Positions 24,898-38,140 of a stretch of DNA of 64,000 nucleotides are shown piece by piece. Where the stretch lies: NCBI RefSeq assembly GCF_001194135.2, contig NC_068981.1, forward strand, positions 188,056,847 to 188,120,846, read 5' to 3'. The notes beneath the pieces are model-generated. The model did no database searches and was not told where the DNA came from. It saw nothing but the letters and a program-made list of their open reading frames with translations. Both the position numbers and the translations under genes were made by a program. The DNA comes from Octopus bimaculoides (lineage: Eukaryota). The first letter of the stretch is position 1. Every line of letters starts with the position of its first letter.

Positions 24898-25140
24898 TAC
24901 ACATACATAGAAAAAGATGTATGCATATGTATTTATGTATGTACGTATACATGACAACACACTCCTTCACTCACACACACACACATACATACATGTATAC
25001 AAACGTACATAGAAAAACACACTGAGCGTGTGTGACTGACTAGAAATACAAAGAGCTGAACGCGGCGTGCGAAAAGAAAATAAGTAAAAAAATTTTACGG
25101 AAATTGACGAAGCGTGCGAATTCAAAAGGAAATCAAACCT

Positions 25141-25171
25141 TGTGTGTGTATGTATGTATGTATGTGTGTGC

Positions 25172-25240
<69 letters not shown>
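25141..25240. repeat. (TATG)n/(TG)n microsatellite
   Basis: Directly visible. Confidence 0.95.
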
Positions 25241-25242
<2 letters not shown>

Positions 25243-25486
25243 GAATGATTTCAAATTAACATAGCGATCGATAAAAATAGACATTTGTTGCAGAGCTGGC
25301 TACCAGATGTGCTCTTCCTTTTTGGACTAACATTATTTGAATTTAAAAAAAAAGAATTCGAATGTAGTTCACTCATTATCACAATATCTTAGATAGAAGA
25401 ATGAGATAACATTTGCCAAATGTTTATTTCGTGATAAGCAAGGATACGGAGTTATGCAAGATTAAGTGACTTGAGTGATATGAAAT

Positions 25487-25658
25487 CAGCAGTTCTCAAC
25501 CGCGGCTTCCACAGCCGCATGAAGCCCTCAAGCATCCTTCTGCGGGCCCCGATGGTCTCCCCTCTATACGTACAGTAAATTTTCTTTTACGGAGCGGCCT
25601 ACTAAAAATCCTTAGGTTTGGGATCTGGCCTGGATTTTAATAAGGCTGAGAACAACTG
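25487..25658. mobile_element. hAT (Charlie-like) MITE with 8-bp TSD
   Basis: TIR cagcagttctcaacc / ggctgagaacaactg; flanks tatgaaat (25479-86) vs tatgagtt (25659-66). Confidence 0.7.
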
Positions 25659-25919
25659 TATGAGTTTCTTTGTAGAAACTGGAACAATCGTGTCATGGAA
25701 AAGACATTTCTAGCCATTTAAGTTATCTTTAAGTTGTTCCTGTTTGTTAAGAGTATTGTCTCCTGTGATGTGTCAGTGACGAAGTCGCAGAGGACTGCGA
25801 GATATTTCGATACCTCATAAGACAGCGCACTTTAGAGATAATTCAGAAAATAATGTTGTATTTTTTATTCTTTATTATTTTGGTTCATATTAACATTGTG
25901 ATAGTTACCTGAGGTTACA

Positions 25920-26150
25920 CGTGTGTGTGCGCTAACGCACGAACCTCTCGGCTCTTGAGCCACTTTGTTACTTCTGCTGAATATTTGGAACGTCCAGTAC
26001 GGGGGATGGTGTACCTCTCCGTGCCAAAGTTTGGTGCCAACCACTTCAGGATCTTCCATACGTATATCGCTGCACATCTTTCTCGTCTGCTCTGCATGGA
26101 GTAAAGCTGTAGCTCTTTCAGTCTCTCCCAGTAGCACAAAATGAGGACAC
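25920..26150 (-). mobile_element. CR1-like LINE 3' fragment
   Basis: YWERLKELQLYSMQSRRERCAAIYVWKIL. Confidence 0.75.
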
Positions 26151-26213
26151 CACATCGACTAAAACAAGAGAAATCTCATATAAAAAAGTATAACTAAGAG
26201 TAGGAAGGCGTAC

Positions 26214-26262
<49 letters not shown>

Positions 26263-26269
26263 GCTCTCA

Positions 26270-26790
26270 ATTATGGTCACCCCACAGTGTCAAATGAGCA
26301 GTGCTACAACAGGAAGATTGCACCAGTAAAACAGCTGAGCTACTGGGAGAGTCTGAAAGGACTACGATTCTATTCCCTGGAGCGAAGACGGGAAACATAT
26401 GCAGTAATATACGTATGGATAATCCTGAAAGCACCGAGTGCTATGCCAGCACTCGAACTGGACGTTACTGCACTGTTCCAATGGTCCTAACTATCCCGTC
26501 CAGAATGAGGACCATGTACTACAGTAGCTAATGGTTCAAGGGCCCACAGCTATTGAATGCTATGCCAAAACATCTGAGGGATCTTCAAGGAGTAGGGGTA
26601 GATATTTTCAAGAAAAGAACTTACCTCCTGCTATCCAATGTTTCAGATGGACCAACATCACGGTAAGAAGCTCAAATGAGGGTAGTAGTGTCGAACCCCC
26701 TTCCTTCACCAATAGTGAATCACATAAGAATGGCTATTGAGAATGTGATAACACCAGTGTTGCTCCATCATGGCTACAGCCTTTCTGCTG
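26270..26790 (+). mobile_element. CR1-like LINE 3' end
   Basis: LSYWESLKGLRFYSLERRRETYAVIYVWIIL followed by decayed C-terminal motifs. Confidence 0.75.
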
Positions 26791-27559
26791 ATACGTATAA
26801 AAGAATGATAAATAAATGAGTCAAGACAGCGCACTTAATATCATTATATTCGTCTTTATCTGGTTATTTGTATAAGGCAAATATAAATGAAGTTTAATTT
26901 GAAGTGTTCCAATTAGAAGTGCAAGAAAACAAGGAGGCATTTCTATAACAGATAACATTTGTACATCAAAACATTGTAGATAGACAGAAGTGAGCAAATG
27001 AATTCTTCAATAATATTTCATTCAATTGCTCCGTGTTAGAGGTCGCATGGAAATAATTTAATTTCAAAGTGTATCTGATTGAATATATCGTAGCTCAGTA
27101 AAGTTCTGTATCTCCAATAATTATTCTTTTAATAAGTTAGTTAAAGTAGGAAACGAAGTATCCATAACCTTCGTAGAGCCTCCAATCAGACTTTTGCGGG
27201 TAAGTGTGAGTGGAGAAAACGTGAAGTCCGAAGGAACCGATAATCTGGTGCTAATACTTAGAGCCTGATTGAAAGTAGAAACTACAAACCAACAAAAGAA
27301 GATTAACGTGTAACGTAAAAATTCTGGAAATCGTGGTCGATTTCAGTCGTTCCTTGCCGTCTTCAAAAAGGATAAATATAATTAAATCTGTAGTCCGTAT
27401 CTACATAATTGACTTAATGACGTGGAGAAGGGAAGGGTATGGTGAAAAAGTTTGTTGATGTAAGAGGTGGAGAGAAAAAGTACCTGTCATGTGATTATGA
27501 TTCAAATTATCTCCTTCCATAAAATCGTCGTTGCCTGAGTAGGTGCCCGGTGTTACACA

Positions 27560-27697
27560 CGTCAGGTGACGAAGCGATCGCAGGGCAACATGAGATGAGT
27601 TTTGCTCAAGAATACTATGCACTACTCGGTTCAGGAATTAAAACTACGGTCTCGCGAACGTGAGTGCAACACCCTAACCACTAAGCTATGCGCCCTC
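27560..27697 (-). mobile_element. SINE type D head
   Basis: Minus strand ggcgcatagcttagtggttagggtg..ttcttgagcaaaac. Confidence 0.7.
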
Positions 27698-28609
27698 ACA
27701 TACGCACATACACACACACATGCGTACACATAGGGTCTTTTGTCACACATCATTAATAATGCACGGCAATGACGCGAGATATTCAAGGAAAAACATCAGT
27801 ATCTTGTTCAGATGTTTGCTTATCTGAGGGGCTTTTTTTTCATACCATGAACAGGGCAAAAGTCTGTATGGTGTGTGCCGGCGGGCGTGTGTGTGTTAAG
27901 AGGAAAATAATAGGAAAGCAATCTGGAGATACACCAACAGGCCGAAGAGGAAGAGAAAGGAGACTAAATGAAGAATGTTAGGGGAAGGGAGAGGATGATA
28001 CAATCATCTCTGCTGAGATTGTAACGCCAGATTAACAGTACAAAATAAGTATTTGAGTACATACATACTTGTGAAATATTGATTTCTAGCATTGGCACAA
28101 TGCCACAAATTTACTGAAACAGTACAGCCATTGTAACACAATAGTTGGCTAGTACTCACGTTATTGGTTCTGGCGTGATGTAGGATAAAATCGACCCTGC
28201 TGCCATATGAGTTCGTGGTGTAATACGGCAGCATAACTAGTAAGTAGAGCACTAATTATACGGCAGCATAATTTGTGCTCCACTAATCCTGCCATATGCT
28301 GCCTCATGCCGTACGCGGTCTCTTTGTTGTATAAAATATTTGATTTCTATCCTGGATACGCGGTCAAGCATATTTTCAAAGTAGGTGTGGGTATGCTTAA
28401 TTATATCGAACGGTATTTCACCTGTTATTTTATTAACCCTCGAACAATGAAGCAGCCGAGTTAACCTTGGCGGGATTCGAAATCAGAAATGATAGAGGTG
28501 TTGCAAAATATCGTACACCAGTTGCCTATCCCTGTGTCATTTCTCTCAATACATCGTCCCCTTTGCTGTGTAAGTTATTGATCTCTAACATTGACACAGA
28601 ACCATGATT

Positions 28610-28790
28610 TATACTCAATTAAACTGGATTCGGTACTAGATTTTTTTTTCTTTCTTTTACTTTTATCGACCTCGGATGGATGAAACATAAAGTTGACCTC
28701 GGCAAAAATCTAACTGAAAGTAAATAACAAAATACCACAAAGCACTTTTTCCATTGCTCTGACGATTGTGCCAGTATACCGCCCATTTGA
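28610..28790 (-). mobile_element. SINE type B, degenerate
   Basis: ttttatcgacctcggatggatgaaacataaagttgacctcggc. Confidence 0.55.
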
Positions 28791-29576
28791 TGTATGAATG
28801 ATTAGCAGCAGTTAGCTTTTATACAGGCAATTAAGATTATATCCTCATTTAAATACATTTATCAGGTTGTTCATTGTTATGCACCATTACCATTATTCCC
28901 CATTCCCTATTACATGTCCAACATGATCCAATCACTAACATATTACGTGTCAGTTGATTGATTGCTTCAGTGACTGCTCCGATAGCTCGGAAACTATGGA
29001 TATATCATTATCATTGTTATGCAGTAATCCGGCGAATAGTCGGACTAAATGATAAGTGGTATTAAGTATCGTTTCTCTACCTTCTGATCTAAAACCTTAC
29101 TGAGTGTACATTTGTCATTTATTTGTTAGAGAAGCCTATATTGTATAAATTCCTTAATCTACTAGAATCGATTCTATTGAAGAATTCTCCACGTGTAAAA
29201 TTTCCCGGTATGATATACATTTTTGAAACGTTGCCTACTTAGCAAATGATTTGGATATTAATTACATGGCTCAACACGATTTAATATGTCAAAGAAACGA
29301 AATAAGCTACACGAGAAACAAATACACAATGACATTTTGTGAAATGGAGTAAAAGACAAGAAGTGTGATAGAAGCGATAAACGAAGTGAGATATATTTTT
29401 AGATGATTTTAAATCGTAGTTTTATTACATTTTACGTAATAACTGGTTTGATTTCTTGATATTTTCTCACCGAGCCGGATTTGCCTTGCTCAGTATTGTA
29501 AACCCTTTCATTCTTCCATTAATTTCGTAACGATCCTACACAAAATTGTTAAATTAGTTACTATTTATATCAATGT

Positions 29577-29962
29577 GGAGGCGCAATGGCCCACTGGTTA
29601 GGGCAACGGACTCGCGGTCGTAGGATCGCGGTTTCAATTCCCAGACCGGGCGTTGTGAGTGTTTATTGAGCGAAAACACCTAAAGCTCCACGAGGCTCTG
29701 GCAGGGGATGGTGGCGAACCCTGCTGTACTCTTCCACCACAACTTTCTCTCACTCTTACTTCCTGTTTCTGTTGTGCCTGTAATTCAAAGGGTCAGTCTT
29801 GTCACACTGTGTCACGCTGAATATCCCTGAGAACTACGTTAAGGGTACACGTGTCTGTGGAGTGCTCAGCCATTTGCACGTTAATTTCACGAGCAGGCTG
29901 TTCCGTTGATCGGATCAACTGGAAACATCGACGTCGTAAGCGACGGAGTGCCAACAACAACA
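29577..29962 (+). mobile_element. SINE type C with tail 2, full length, 12-bp TSD
   Basis: Intact head and (caa)n end; atttatatcaat at 29563-29574 and 29963-29974. Confidence 0.9.
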
Positions 29963-29977
29963 ATTTATATCAATATA

Positions 29978-30194
29978 AAGGCAGCGAGCTGGCAGAATTG
30001 TTAGCCCGCCGGGAAAATGCTTAGTAGCATTTCGTCCGTCTACACGCTCTGGGTTCAAATTCCGATGTTTTCACCTTTTACGTTCATCCTTTCGGGGTCG
30101 ATAAATTAAGTTCCAGTCAAGTACTGGGGTCGATGTGATCGACTATCCCCCCTCCCCTCAAATTCCAGGCCTTGTGCCTATGATAGAAATCATT
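29978..30194 (+). mobile_element. SINE type B
   Basis: GGCAGCGAGCTGGCAGAA head, catcctttcggggtcgataaattaag core, ccttgtgcct tail. Confidence 0.9.
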
Positions 30195-30429
30195 ATTTAT
30201 GTCCATAAATTTCATTGGTCTCAGAATGGAACATTTCTTTACCTACTCTACAATTTTTAACCATAGATGCGATTATTGTATAAAATTATTACATTCAACC
30301 ACTTCTTCTTCGGTATGATTTAAGTCTTACTCTTAGAGAAAAAAAGTTTAATGGAATTATATATTCCACCAATCTGTGAACACAGAACGTTATTACGTTA
30401 AAACTAGTTTATTAGCAAACAATCATTGG

Positions 30430-30990
30430 ATTGCAGCCATTCTTAGCCACCACCTTGAAGATTTTTAGTCGACCCTAATACTTATATCCTTTTTGAGTCT
30501 AGTATTTACTTTATCGGTCTCTTTTGCCGAACCGTTAGGTTATGGGGACTTAAACTAACAGCGACTGTCAAGCAGTGGTGGAGTGACAAACACATACACA
30601 CGGTCCTGGTTTCGATTCCCAAACCGGTAATGCGTTATGGTCTTAAGCAATTCATTTCACATCACTCTAATCCATACAGCTCTAAATGAATAACCTGCAG
30701 TGAACTTGCATTCTGTTCGGGGGCCGTGTTGTCCTGTATGACTAACCAGCGAGTGGCGGCGGGGGATGGGGCTCACCCGAATGCTATAACAATGTATAAC
30801 AACATCTTCAATAACCTAGTCAATATGATGATATATACATGTGTGCGTATATGACGTGGTTCCACAGTTTCCGTCAACCAAATTCACTCACAATGTATTG
30901 GCCTACTCGGGGCCCTTGTAGGAGATACTTGTTCAAGGTGCAGCGCTGTGGGACCGAACTCGAAACCACATGGTGATGAAGCGAGATTTA
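30430..30990 (-). mobile_element. SINE type A (minus) interrupted by a plus-strand type D-like copy (~30600-30760)
   Basis: Type A 3' half at 30430-30600 and 5' half at 30850-30990; between them ggtttcgattccc..gtcttaagcaa..aaatgaataacctgcagtg. Confidence 0.55.
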
Positions 30991-32399
30991 AACTTATCCA
31001 GTAGGTATGTTTTAAAGAAAATAGATGCAAAAACGAACGGACTCATTATGATTTCGCCGGGCGATTTTAAGTTAATTATACCAATGATTATAATCATTAT
31101 AATTATTCTAAAGACTAACCATGATTTGAAAAATTGCTATTCAACAGATTTTCCTCCAAATAACTCGACATAACTGATATAATTACAAAGAAAATCAAGT
31201 TAGTGTAATTACTGTTTCAAGCAATGATTAAAACATAAGAATATTTTCCATTTAACATTGTAACAGTTAGCGGAGGCATTTTACACTTTTATATATGTTA
31301 GAGTTTTGTATATATTACAAATTTATAATTAGTTGACTCCAATACGATGGGTGTCATCGACAATTCTGACCAATCTGAATATTAATGTTCTTTTGTCTTG
31401 TATTCTAACAATTAAGCTATTGTCCTGTCAATGACACAAGTACATGAGCGCATTACTGTTTGCATGGAGGCATATCATTATATGATATTTATTTATTGAA
31501 AACCTCGATCATAGATATGACGTTTACAGCAGTGTCCATTTCCTGTGCTGCAGTGTATGTATCGATCTGTTTCACTTATATTCAGTTTGTCCTACAACCT
31601 CAATTATAACAAAAAGCAGAAGGCAAGAATTATATGTTGAATGTGGATAACATTATAGCATAAAATTTATTCTAGTCATGTATTTTTTTTCACTTCGTAA
31701 TTGACAATCGAGTCTATGTACAGCGCACTTACTGTCGTCATCAGTTCTATTTAAATGCTCCAATATATAATTCGACACAAGAAATGGGATTAAAGATGTG
31801 TTAGAAGTGTTTGAACTAAGCATAATATGGATTAATTAAATCCATGTGTCAGCTACTACATATGTATCATGCTAATAATTGTTTGTATGCGTTAGTATTT
31901 TTCGTTTCATATTATTGTGATACTGACACATAAATTGCGATTTCTTTCAGCTGGTTATAATTACTTAGTAACAAACATGATTTCGTTTTTTGGCTGCGTA
32001 CGACAGTTAATTCATTCTTCCTCGTGAAAAGAAGTCAAATTCTGATATGTAGAAGAATGAACTTCGTTTCAACAGAAGTAAACTGAAAAGTATAGAGTTT
32101 AAGACGATGGAAATACTGTGTGATGTTTTTTCAGCACGTCTTCATTCTTTCTGCAACACACATACACAAGCCAGCCGACCTCATATTTCCACCCATGCCC
32201 ATCATGTTCATGTTTGATTGGAGCCCACCGTGGGATATCTATATGTGTGTGTGTTTGTGTGTATGTGTTGATATATAAAAATACATTTGCGTGGTTTGTG
32301 TTTGAAATCCCCCACCCTATCGCATCACTTGACAACCTGTGTTGGTTCGTTTAGCCGTTCGTTTAGCCTATGGTACCATGCTATCCGTTCTTTTTATCT

Positions 32400-32885
32400 A
32401 TCTAATACTTTCCTGATTATTCTGGCCGTACCAAGGAGGCAAAATGTTTGTAACAGTTCTACTGGGCACTCTATTCCGATTTTTTTAATATTCCTATTGA
32501 TGCCTTCTGATACTGTTCTCAAGGGCCCATTGGCACTATCTTCACCTTTATTTTCCATAGCCGGACCTTTAGCACTTAAGAGGGTTGTATTTATCTTTTC
32601 GCCTTCCTTCTTGACTATTCGTGGGTCAAAGGGGCATGCAGCATTAACTATATAGCTACTAGGTCCGGATTGTTATGCTCTAGCACCTGATCTGCTTGGA
32701 TTTGGAAATCCCAGAGGATTTTGCTATCTCCGATTCCACCACTCTTTATGGTTTGTGCTCATACCACGTCTTTCCTCTCTGTAGCCCCCAATTTTCAGAG
32801 TTTCCAATGTAACACTCTCGCTACCTGATCGTGTCGCCACAACTTGCAGTGGTTTTGGGCATGTCTAGGGCATTCGTTTGTGATT
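32400..32885 (-). mobile_element. R4/Dong-like (restriction-like endonuclease) LINE 3' fragment
   Basis: ECP..WRHDQVARVLHWKL, KILWDFQIQ.D..LEHNNPDLV, ACPFD..KE.EKI, CLLGTARIIRKVL*. Confidence 0.8.
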
Positions 32886-32899
32886 ATTATTGAGTGAGA

Positions 32900-33306
32900 G
32901 AGCAGTGCATGCCATCAAAGTGACACTGGAGTATAATATACGAAGCCCAGTATACCCATCATGACTACTCGTCTGATAAGGATACACCAGGCACATGTAT
33001 CATAACCATATGCGCGCAACATAGTAGTCTCATATCAACATAAACTACGCATGACTTTGCAAGTGGGGCCCAGTTAAAATTTTCTTCAGGTCGAGTAGCC
33101 CATCCCGCACAAAAGATCCCTGAATATGAGTTAAGGATGTTGAACGAAACACACGTTTTCATAGGTGAATTATCCAAACCCCAAAGAATTCCTTTCAACA
33201 CATGGCTATGATGCTCCCCCACTACTTCTGCTCGTGATCAGATATGCACATATCCACATATCATCGGCCACTAAGGGACATACTCAACTGGTTAAGGTCA
33301 AACAAC
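32900..33306. mobile_element. Dispersed repeat, probable retroelement terminal region
   Basis: gagagagcagtgcatgccatcaaagtgacactgg..ggttaaggtcaaacaact resembles an abundant octopus repeat as I recall it; no coding motif recognised. Confidence 0.35.
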
Positions 33307-33322
33307 TGTATATATATATATA

Positions 33323-35172
33323 TATAAGACAAAATGGAGTGAAAAACTACAGAAGACATGTGTTATATGGTTAGAGAATATATTTAAATCGTTATGTTAG
33401 AAAAATATAAAATTTTGTGTAAAGTGACATTGTTCTTAGAAAAATAACCGGTTTCGGATTTTCTTTTCAAATTTCTTTACCGATATTGTGTCATTTCTTC
33501 GCTATGAAGTGAAGTATGAGAGTTCCAGACAGGGGAAGGTAATCAGGGATATTTTAGGTATAAGGGAAATAATCAGATATGTTGGGAATGACTAGGTTTT
33601 ATTAATTTAACATGATTTGGTTTAGAAAGAATAGAATGTCAGAAGTGGTTAAGTTTGATTTATGTTTTTCAGAGGTAGGTTTCCTTATTTAAAACTGCTA
33701 GAAATGATTAAGTTTTGGCTTATATTTTTCAATGAAGTAGGTTTCCTTATTTAATCCAACTTGTGTTGGTGTTCCAATGGCACATCCTGAATGACAGTCA
33801 ACATTACGAAACAAATCACAAACTACACTCCGAAAAAAATTATGAAAACCCTGTCCTCACTAATTAAAACCCATGGAAAAGAACTGACAACCAAACTTTA
33901 AATGCAAACCTAGCCTTTTCTACAGTCTACCAATAATTCACAAAAGCCAGATTATATCTGAAACCATTAAAAAATCACCACCCAAAATTACGACCCATTA
34001 TAGCTGGCCGAGCCTGTAAAACATACAGACTAAGTCTGTATTTATGGACGTCCTCTTGAAACCCTTCCTTAAACACATCAATAGCTATATCAGAGATGAC
34101 TTGGACATGTTAAATCACCCCCGAAAAAAAAAAAGAAGTCAAGAAAAGTTCAATACAGCAATACACCTTCCCCGAAAATGCTGCTGTACATATCCACATT
34201 CAGAAACAAAGAAGCCGTCACGTCATTACCCAAAATTTACCAATACTACATAAGGACTCCAAATTAAAGGAAATTTTACACACATCATTAAAAGCCACAC
34301 ACAATCGAAATCACTAAAAAAGTTCCTCACAAAGGCAAAATCATTTTCTAAAATAACGGACGCAAAAGTGAAGAAATGTGGTCGACCAAATTACGCAACA
34401 TGCCCAAACCTTCTAGAAGGATCAGAATTCCTTTTCAAACAGGGACAAAAATTCAAAACCAAATTTAACTTTACTTGTGCCTCAGAAAACCTGATTTATG
34501 TTATAAGATGCTCGGGCTGGCACCAAGACTACATAGGGATCATGGGATTATCGCTCAGACGCAGATGCACTCTGCACCGACAGCAGATTGCATTCCCAGA
34601 ATACAGAATGATATCCTTTAGTGCACACATTGAGAAATGCGCAAAGCAACGGCCACCACAATTTATAATCTTTCCATTTTATCAATGTGCCATTGGAACA
34701 CCAACACAAGTTAGATTAGATAAAGAAACCAGCTTCATTGAAAATATACGCTAAAACTTAATCATTTCTAGCAATTTTAAATAAAGAAATTTACCTCTTT
34801 GAAAAAAATATAAAGCAAAACTTAACCACTTCTAACATTCTGTTCTTTCTAAACCAAATCATGTTAAATTAATAAAATCTAATCATTCCCAACATTTTTT
34901 ATTATCTCCCTTATACCGAAACAAATATCCCTGATTATCTTCTCCTGTCTGGAACTCTCATACTTCACTTCATAGCGAAGAAATGACACAATATCGGTAA
35001 AGAAATTTGAGACATTTGAAAAGAAAATACGATACCGGTTATTTCTCCAAGAGTACTTTTTACTTTACACAAAATTTTATAAAATTTTCCTAACATAACG
35101 GTTTAAATATATTCTCTAACCATATAACCCAAGCCTTCTGTAGTTTTTTTCCACTCTATTTTGTCTTTTATA
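33323..35172 (+). mobile_element. Penelope-like element: RT N-terminal relic plus GIY-YIG endonuclease between ~470-bp inverted termini
   Basis: FYSLPIIHKS..LRPIIAG..LLKPFLKHINSYIRDDLDMLNH (RT N-part); ORF 34368-34754 CASENLIYVIRC..YIG..LRRR..LH (GIY-YIG); inverted repeats 33323-33785 / 34685-35172. Confidence 0.9.
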
Positions 35173-35211
35173 CATCCAACAACGTACCTTCACATACCAA
35201 CTCTCTCGCCA

Positions 35212-35254
<43 letters not shown>

Positions 35255-36242
35255 NNNNNNNNNNNNNNNNNNNNNNNNNNNNNNNNNNNNNNNNNNNNNN
35301 NNNNNNNNNNNNNNNNNNNNNNNNNNNNNNNNNNNNNNNNNNNNNNNNNNNNNNNNNNNNNNNNNNNNNNNNNNNNNNNNNNNNNNNNNNNNNNNNNNNN
35401 NNNNNNNNNNNNNNNNNNNNNNNNNNNNNNNNNNNNNNNNNNNNNNNNNNNNNNNNNNNNNNNNNNNNNNNNNNNNNNNNNNNNNNNNNNNNNNNNNNNN
35501 NNNNNNNNNNNNNNNNNNNNNNNNNNNNNNNNNNNNNNNNNNNNNNNNNNNNNNNNNNNNNNNNNNNNNNNNNNNNNNNNNNNNNNNNNNNNNNNNNNNN
35601 NNNNNNNNNNNNNNNNNNNNNNNNNNNNNNNNNNNNNNNNNNNNNNNNNNNNNNNNNNNNNNNNNNNNNNNNNNNNNNNNNNNNNNNNNNNNNNNNNNNN
35701 NNNNNNNNNNNNNNNNNNNNNNNNNNNNNNNNNNNNNNNNNNNNNNNNNNNNNNNNNNNNNNNNNNNNNNNNNNNNNNNNNNNNNNNNNNNNNNNNNNNN
35801 NNNNNNNNNNNNNNNNNNNNNNNNNNNNNNNNNNNNNNNNNNNNNNNNGTGTGTGTGTGTGTGTGTGTGTGTGTGCGCACGCGAAATATACATAATATAT
35901 CAGCCCATTGTTAATATTTATTTGTATACCAATCTACACAATTACGCGCGCACACACGTACTGACCACGCGCACGCAGACACACACTCACATGCATTTGC
36001 TATCCAATAGTACAAATTCTTGACAATTTGTATGGAGTTCATGGATTAGAATGGCGCCATAATCCACATCTAAGGTTTAACAATGATCCATTCACGCATC
36101 AATATGTCTGACAACGAACCAATTAGAATTAGCGTATCTGTTGGAGCGCATACTCATTACTAACCAACGAATCTACGAATCAACCAAACGTTCACTAATA
36201 TAACCACTCCGGTACTGCATTTGAAATGCAGTGCATGGACTT

Positions 36243-36312
36243 TGTATTATTATTATTATTACTGTTGTTGTTACTGTTGTTGTTGTTGTTATTATTATTA
36301 TTTTTATTATTC
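36243..36312. repeat. (TTA)n/(TTG)n microsatellite
   Basis: Directly visible. Confidence 0.9.
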
Positions 36313-37279
36313 TTCCGAATTGTCTTTTGTAGATAAAGTATGAACTATAGGAACACAGAATATTGGCGGTTTTCTTGAGACTAATGTTAGCTAAGCGTGC
36401 TGTTTCATATATTATGAACCTTGTTATTAAATAGATTTCTTTTGGCAGTCGGCAGATTTTCCTCACAATCCACTTGTCGCCAGTGTGGTAATTGTTTTTA
36501 CCGTTTCCTATATTTTATCTGTAATTACACGGAGCTTAATAATATTACTGGTAATTATTTGTTGGAGTTTTGTAATAGACTGCTCAACTCCTTTGCAGCA
36601 ATTCCATTCCTTGTGATAAACTATTTGAAAGCTGGCAGGGAACTTCAAATCTCATTAGTAGATATAGATTTAATAATAGGTTTTAATAATTTTCTCCCTT
36701 GCCGCGACTTGCAATCTATTTTGTAGAGAGGCGAAATTTACCAAAAGATGTTTGAATGTTAGGATATTTTGCATGCTACTGTTCGTATTAAAACGTTATG
36801 TAGATGTGTTGTTGAATATGTGTGTGTGTAGGGGTGCGGGACTGTCCGTAACTATATATATATATATATNNNNNNNNNNNNNNNNNNNNNNNNNNNNNNN
36901 NNNNNNNNNNNNNNNNNNNNNNNNNNNNNNNNNNNNNNNNNNNNNNNNNNNNNNNNNNNNNNNNNNNNNNNNNNNNNNNNNNNNNNNNNNNNNNNNNNNN
37001 NNNNNNNNNNNNNNNNNNNNNNNNNNNNNNNNNNNNNNNNNNNNNNNNNNNNNNNNNNNNNNNNNNNNNNNNNNNNNNNNNNNNNNNNNATATATATAAA
37101 CATATATATATAAAATCTGGGCTAAAATAATTTTGTTTCAGCTTATCGATATGGCAGAAAATCCACAACTTTTCGCCCCAAAAAACCAGTGTTGTTCCAG
37201 AAAGTTGTTTTATTTATATTTTCTTCGGATTGCTTGAAGTTCACTTTCTTCCTACACTTCGATTCTTGGACCTCACATA

Positions 37280-37309
37280 TCTCTCTCTCTTTCTCTCTCT
37301 CTTTCTCCC

Positions 37310-37363
<54 letters not shown>

Positions 37364-37480
37364 TCTCTCTCTCCCCTCGACAACTCGACAACCGGTGCTG
37401 GTGTGTACGTACCTGTACGTTAGCGGTTCGGCATTATTTTTCGAGTATGGCCGCAGTAAAATGACTGAAACAATAGGCTT
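37280..37480 (+). repeat. (CT)n tract followed by SINE type A 3' half
   Basis: CT repeat 37280-37375, then ctcgacaaccggtgctgg..gtatggccgcagtaaaatgactgaaac. Confidence 0.75.
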
Positions 37481-37585
37481 TCCCGGTCCTTTTTAGTAAT
37501 ATTTATATCCAGTCCAAACATATATCCTGATGTTTTGAGGGGAAAAAAACTGAATATTTATGGTACCCTCTCTGTACTTTAGAGT

Positions 37586-37624
<39 letters not shown>

Positions 37625-37734
37625 TGTGTGTATGTGTGGTCGGAACCTTTGAAACTATGCAATCAGCCTTTCTTAACAGCTCCTCTAATACATGAAATTA
37701 ATGATGTCTAAATGTTTTTATGACAACTGGCAGA

Positions 37735-37965
37735 TGGTCTGCTACGAGGCGGCACGTTGTGTCCTTGAGCAAGACACTTTATTTCACGTTGGCAAAAGTG
37801 AGTTGAATCTTTGTTTCATAGGGTCAGCCTCGTCACATTCTGTGTCATGCGTAATTTCCCTGAGATCTATATTAAGGGTACGCGTAGTTGCGGGGTATTC
37901 AGTCGCCCTGCACGTTAATTTCACGAACACATACTGCGTTGATCGGAACAACTTGAGTGCCAGGT
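37735..37965 (+). mobile_element. SINE type D with tail 2 (5'-degenerate)
   Basis: gttgtgtccttgagcaagacactttatttcacg..attaagggtacgcg..cacgttaatttcacga..gttgatcgga. Confidence 0.7.
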
Positions 37966-38140
37966 AGTCTGGAGAGAGTTGAGACATTGATTGTCCAGTG
38001 ATTATGAAGCGAAGTGTAGAACACAAAGTGATGTCTGAGTATTATAAGTTGTAGTAGTTGGCCCGGCGAGTTATTTGTTGTTTTGGGTTGTTTAAGATAA
38101 AATGGGTGTTTGCTTCTGATGTTTTTATATTCCCTCTTAG

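Noticed and set aside
27150-27199. Exon ending at gcgg|gtaagt
   Set aside because: Poor acceptor and no in-frame ATG.
27401-27622. Minus-strand ORF with a gtact donor as a first exon
   Set aside because: Its start lies within a SINE-D head and the donor is weak.
33430-33515. Hammerhead in the Penelope inverted termini (cgaaga ... CGAAACCGGTTA)
   Set aside because: Core lacks U4 in both copies and no stem I or II can be formed.
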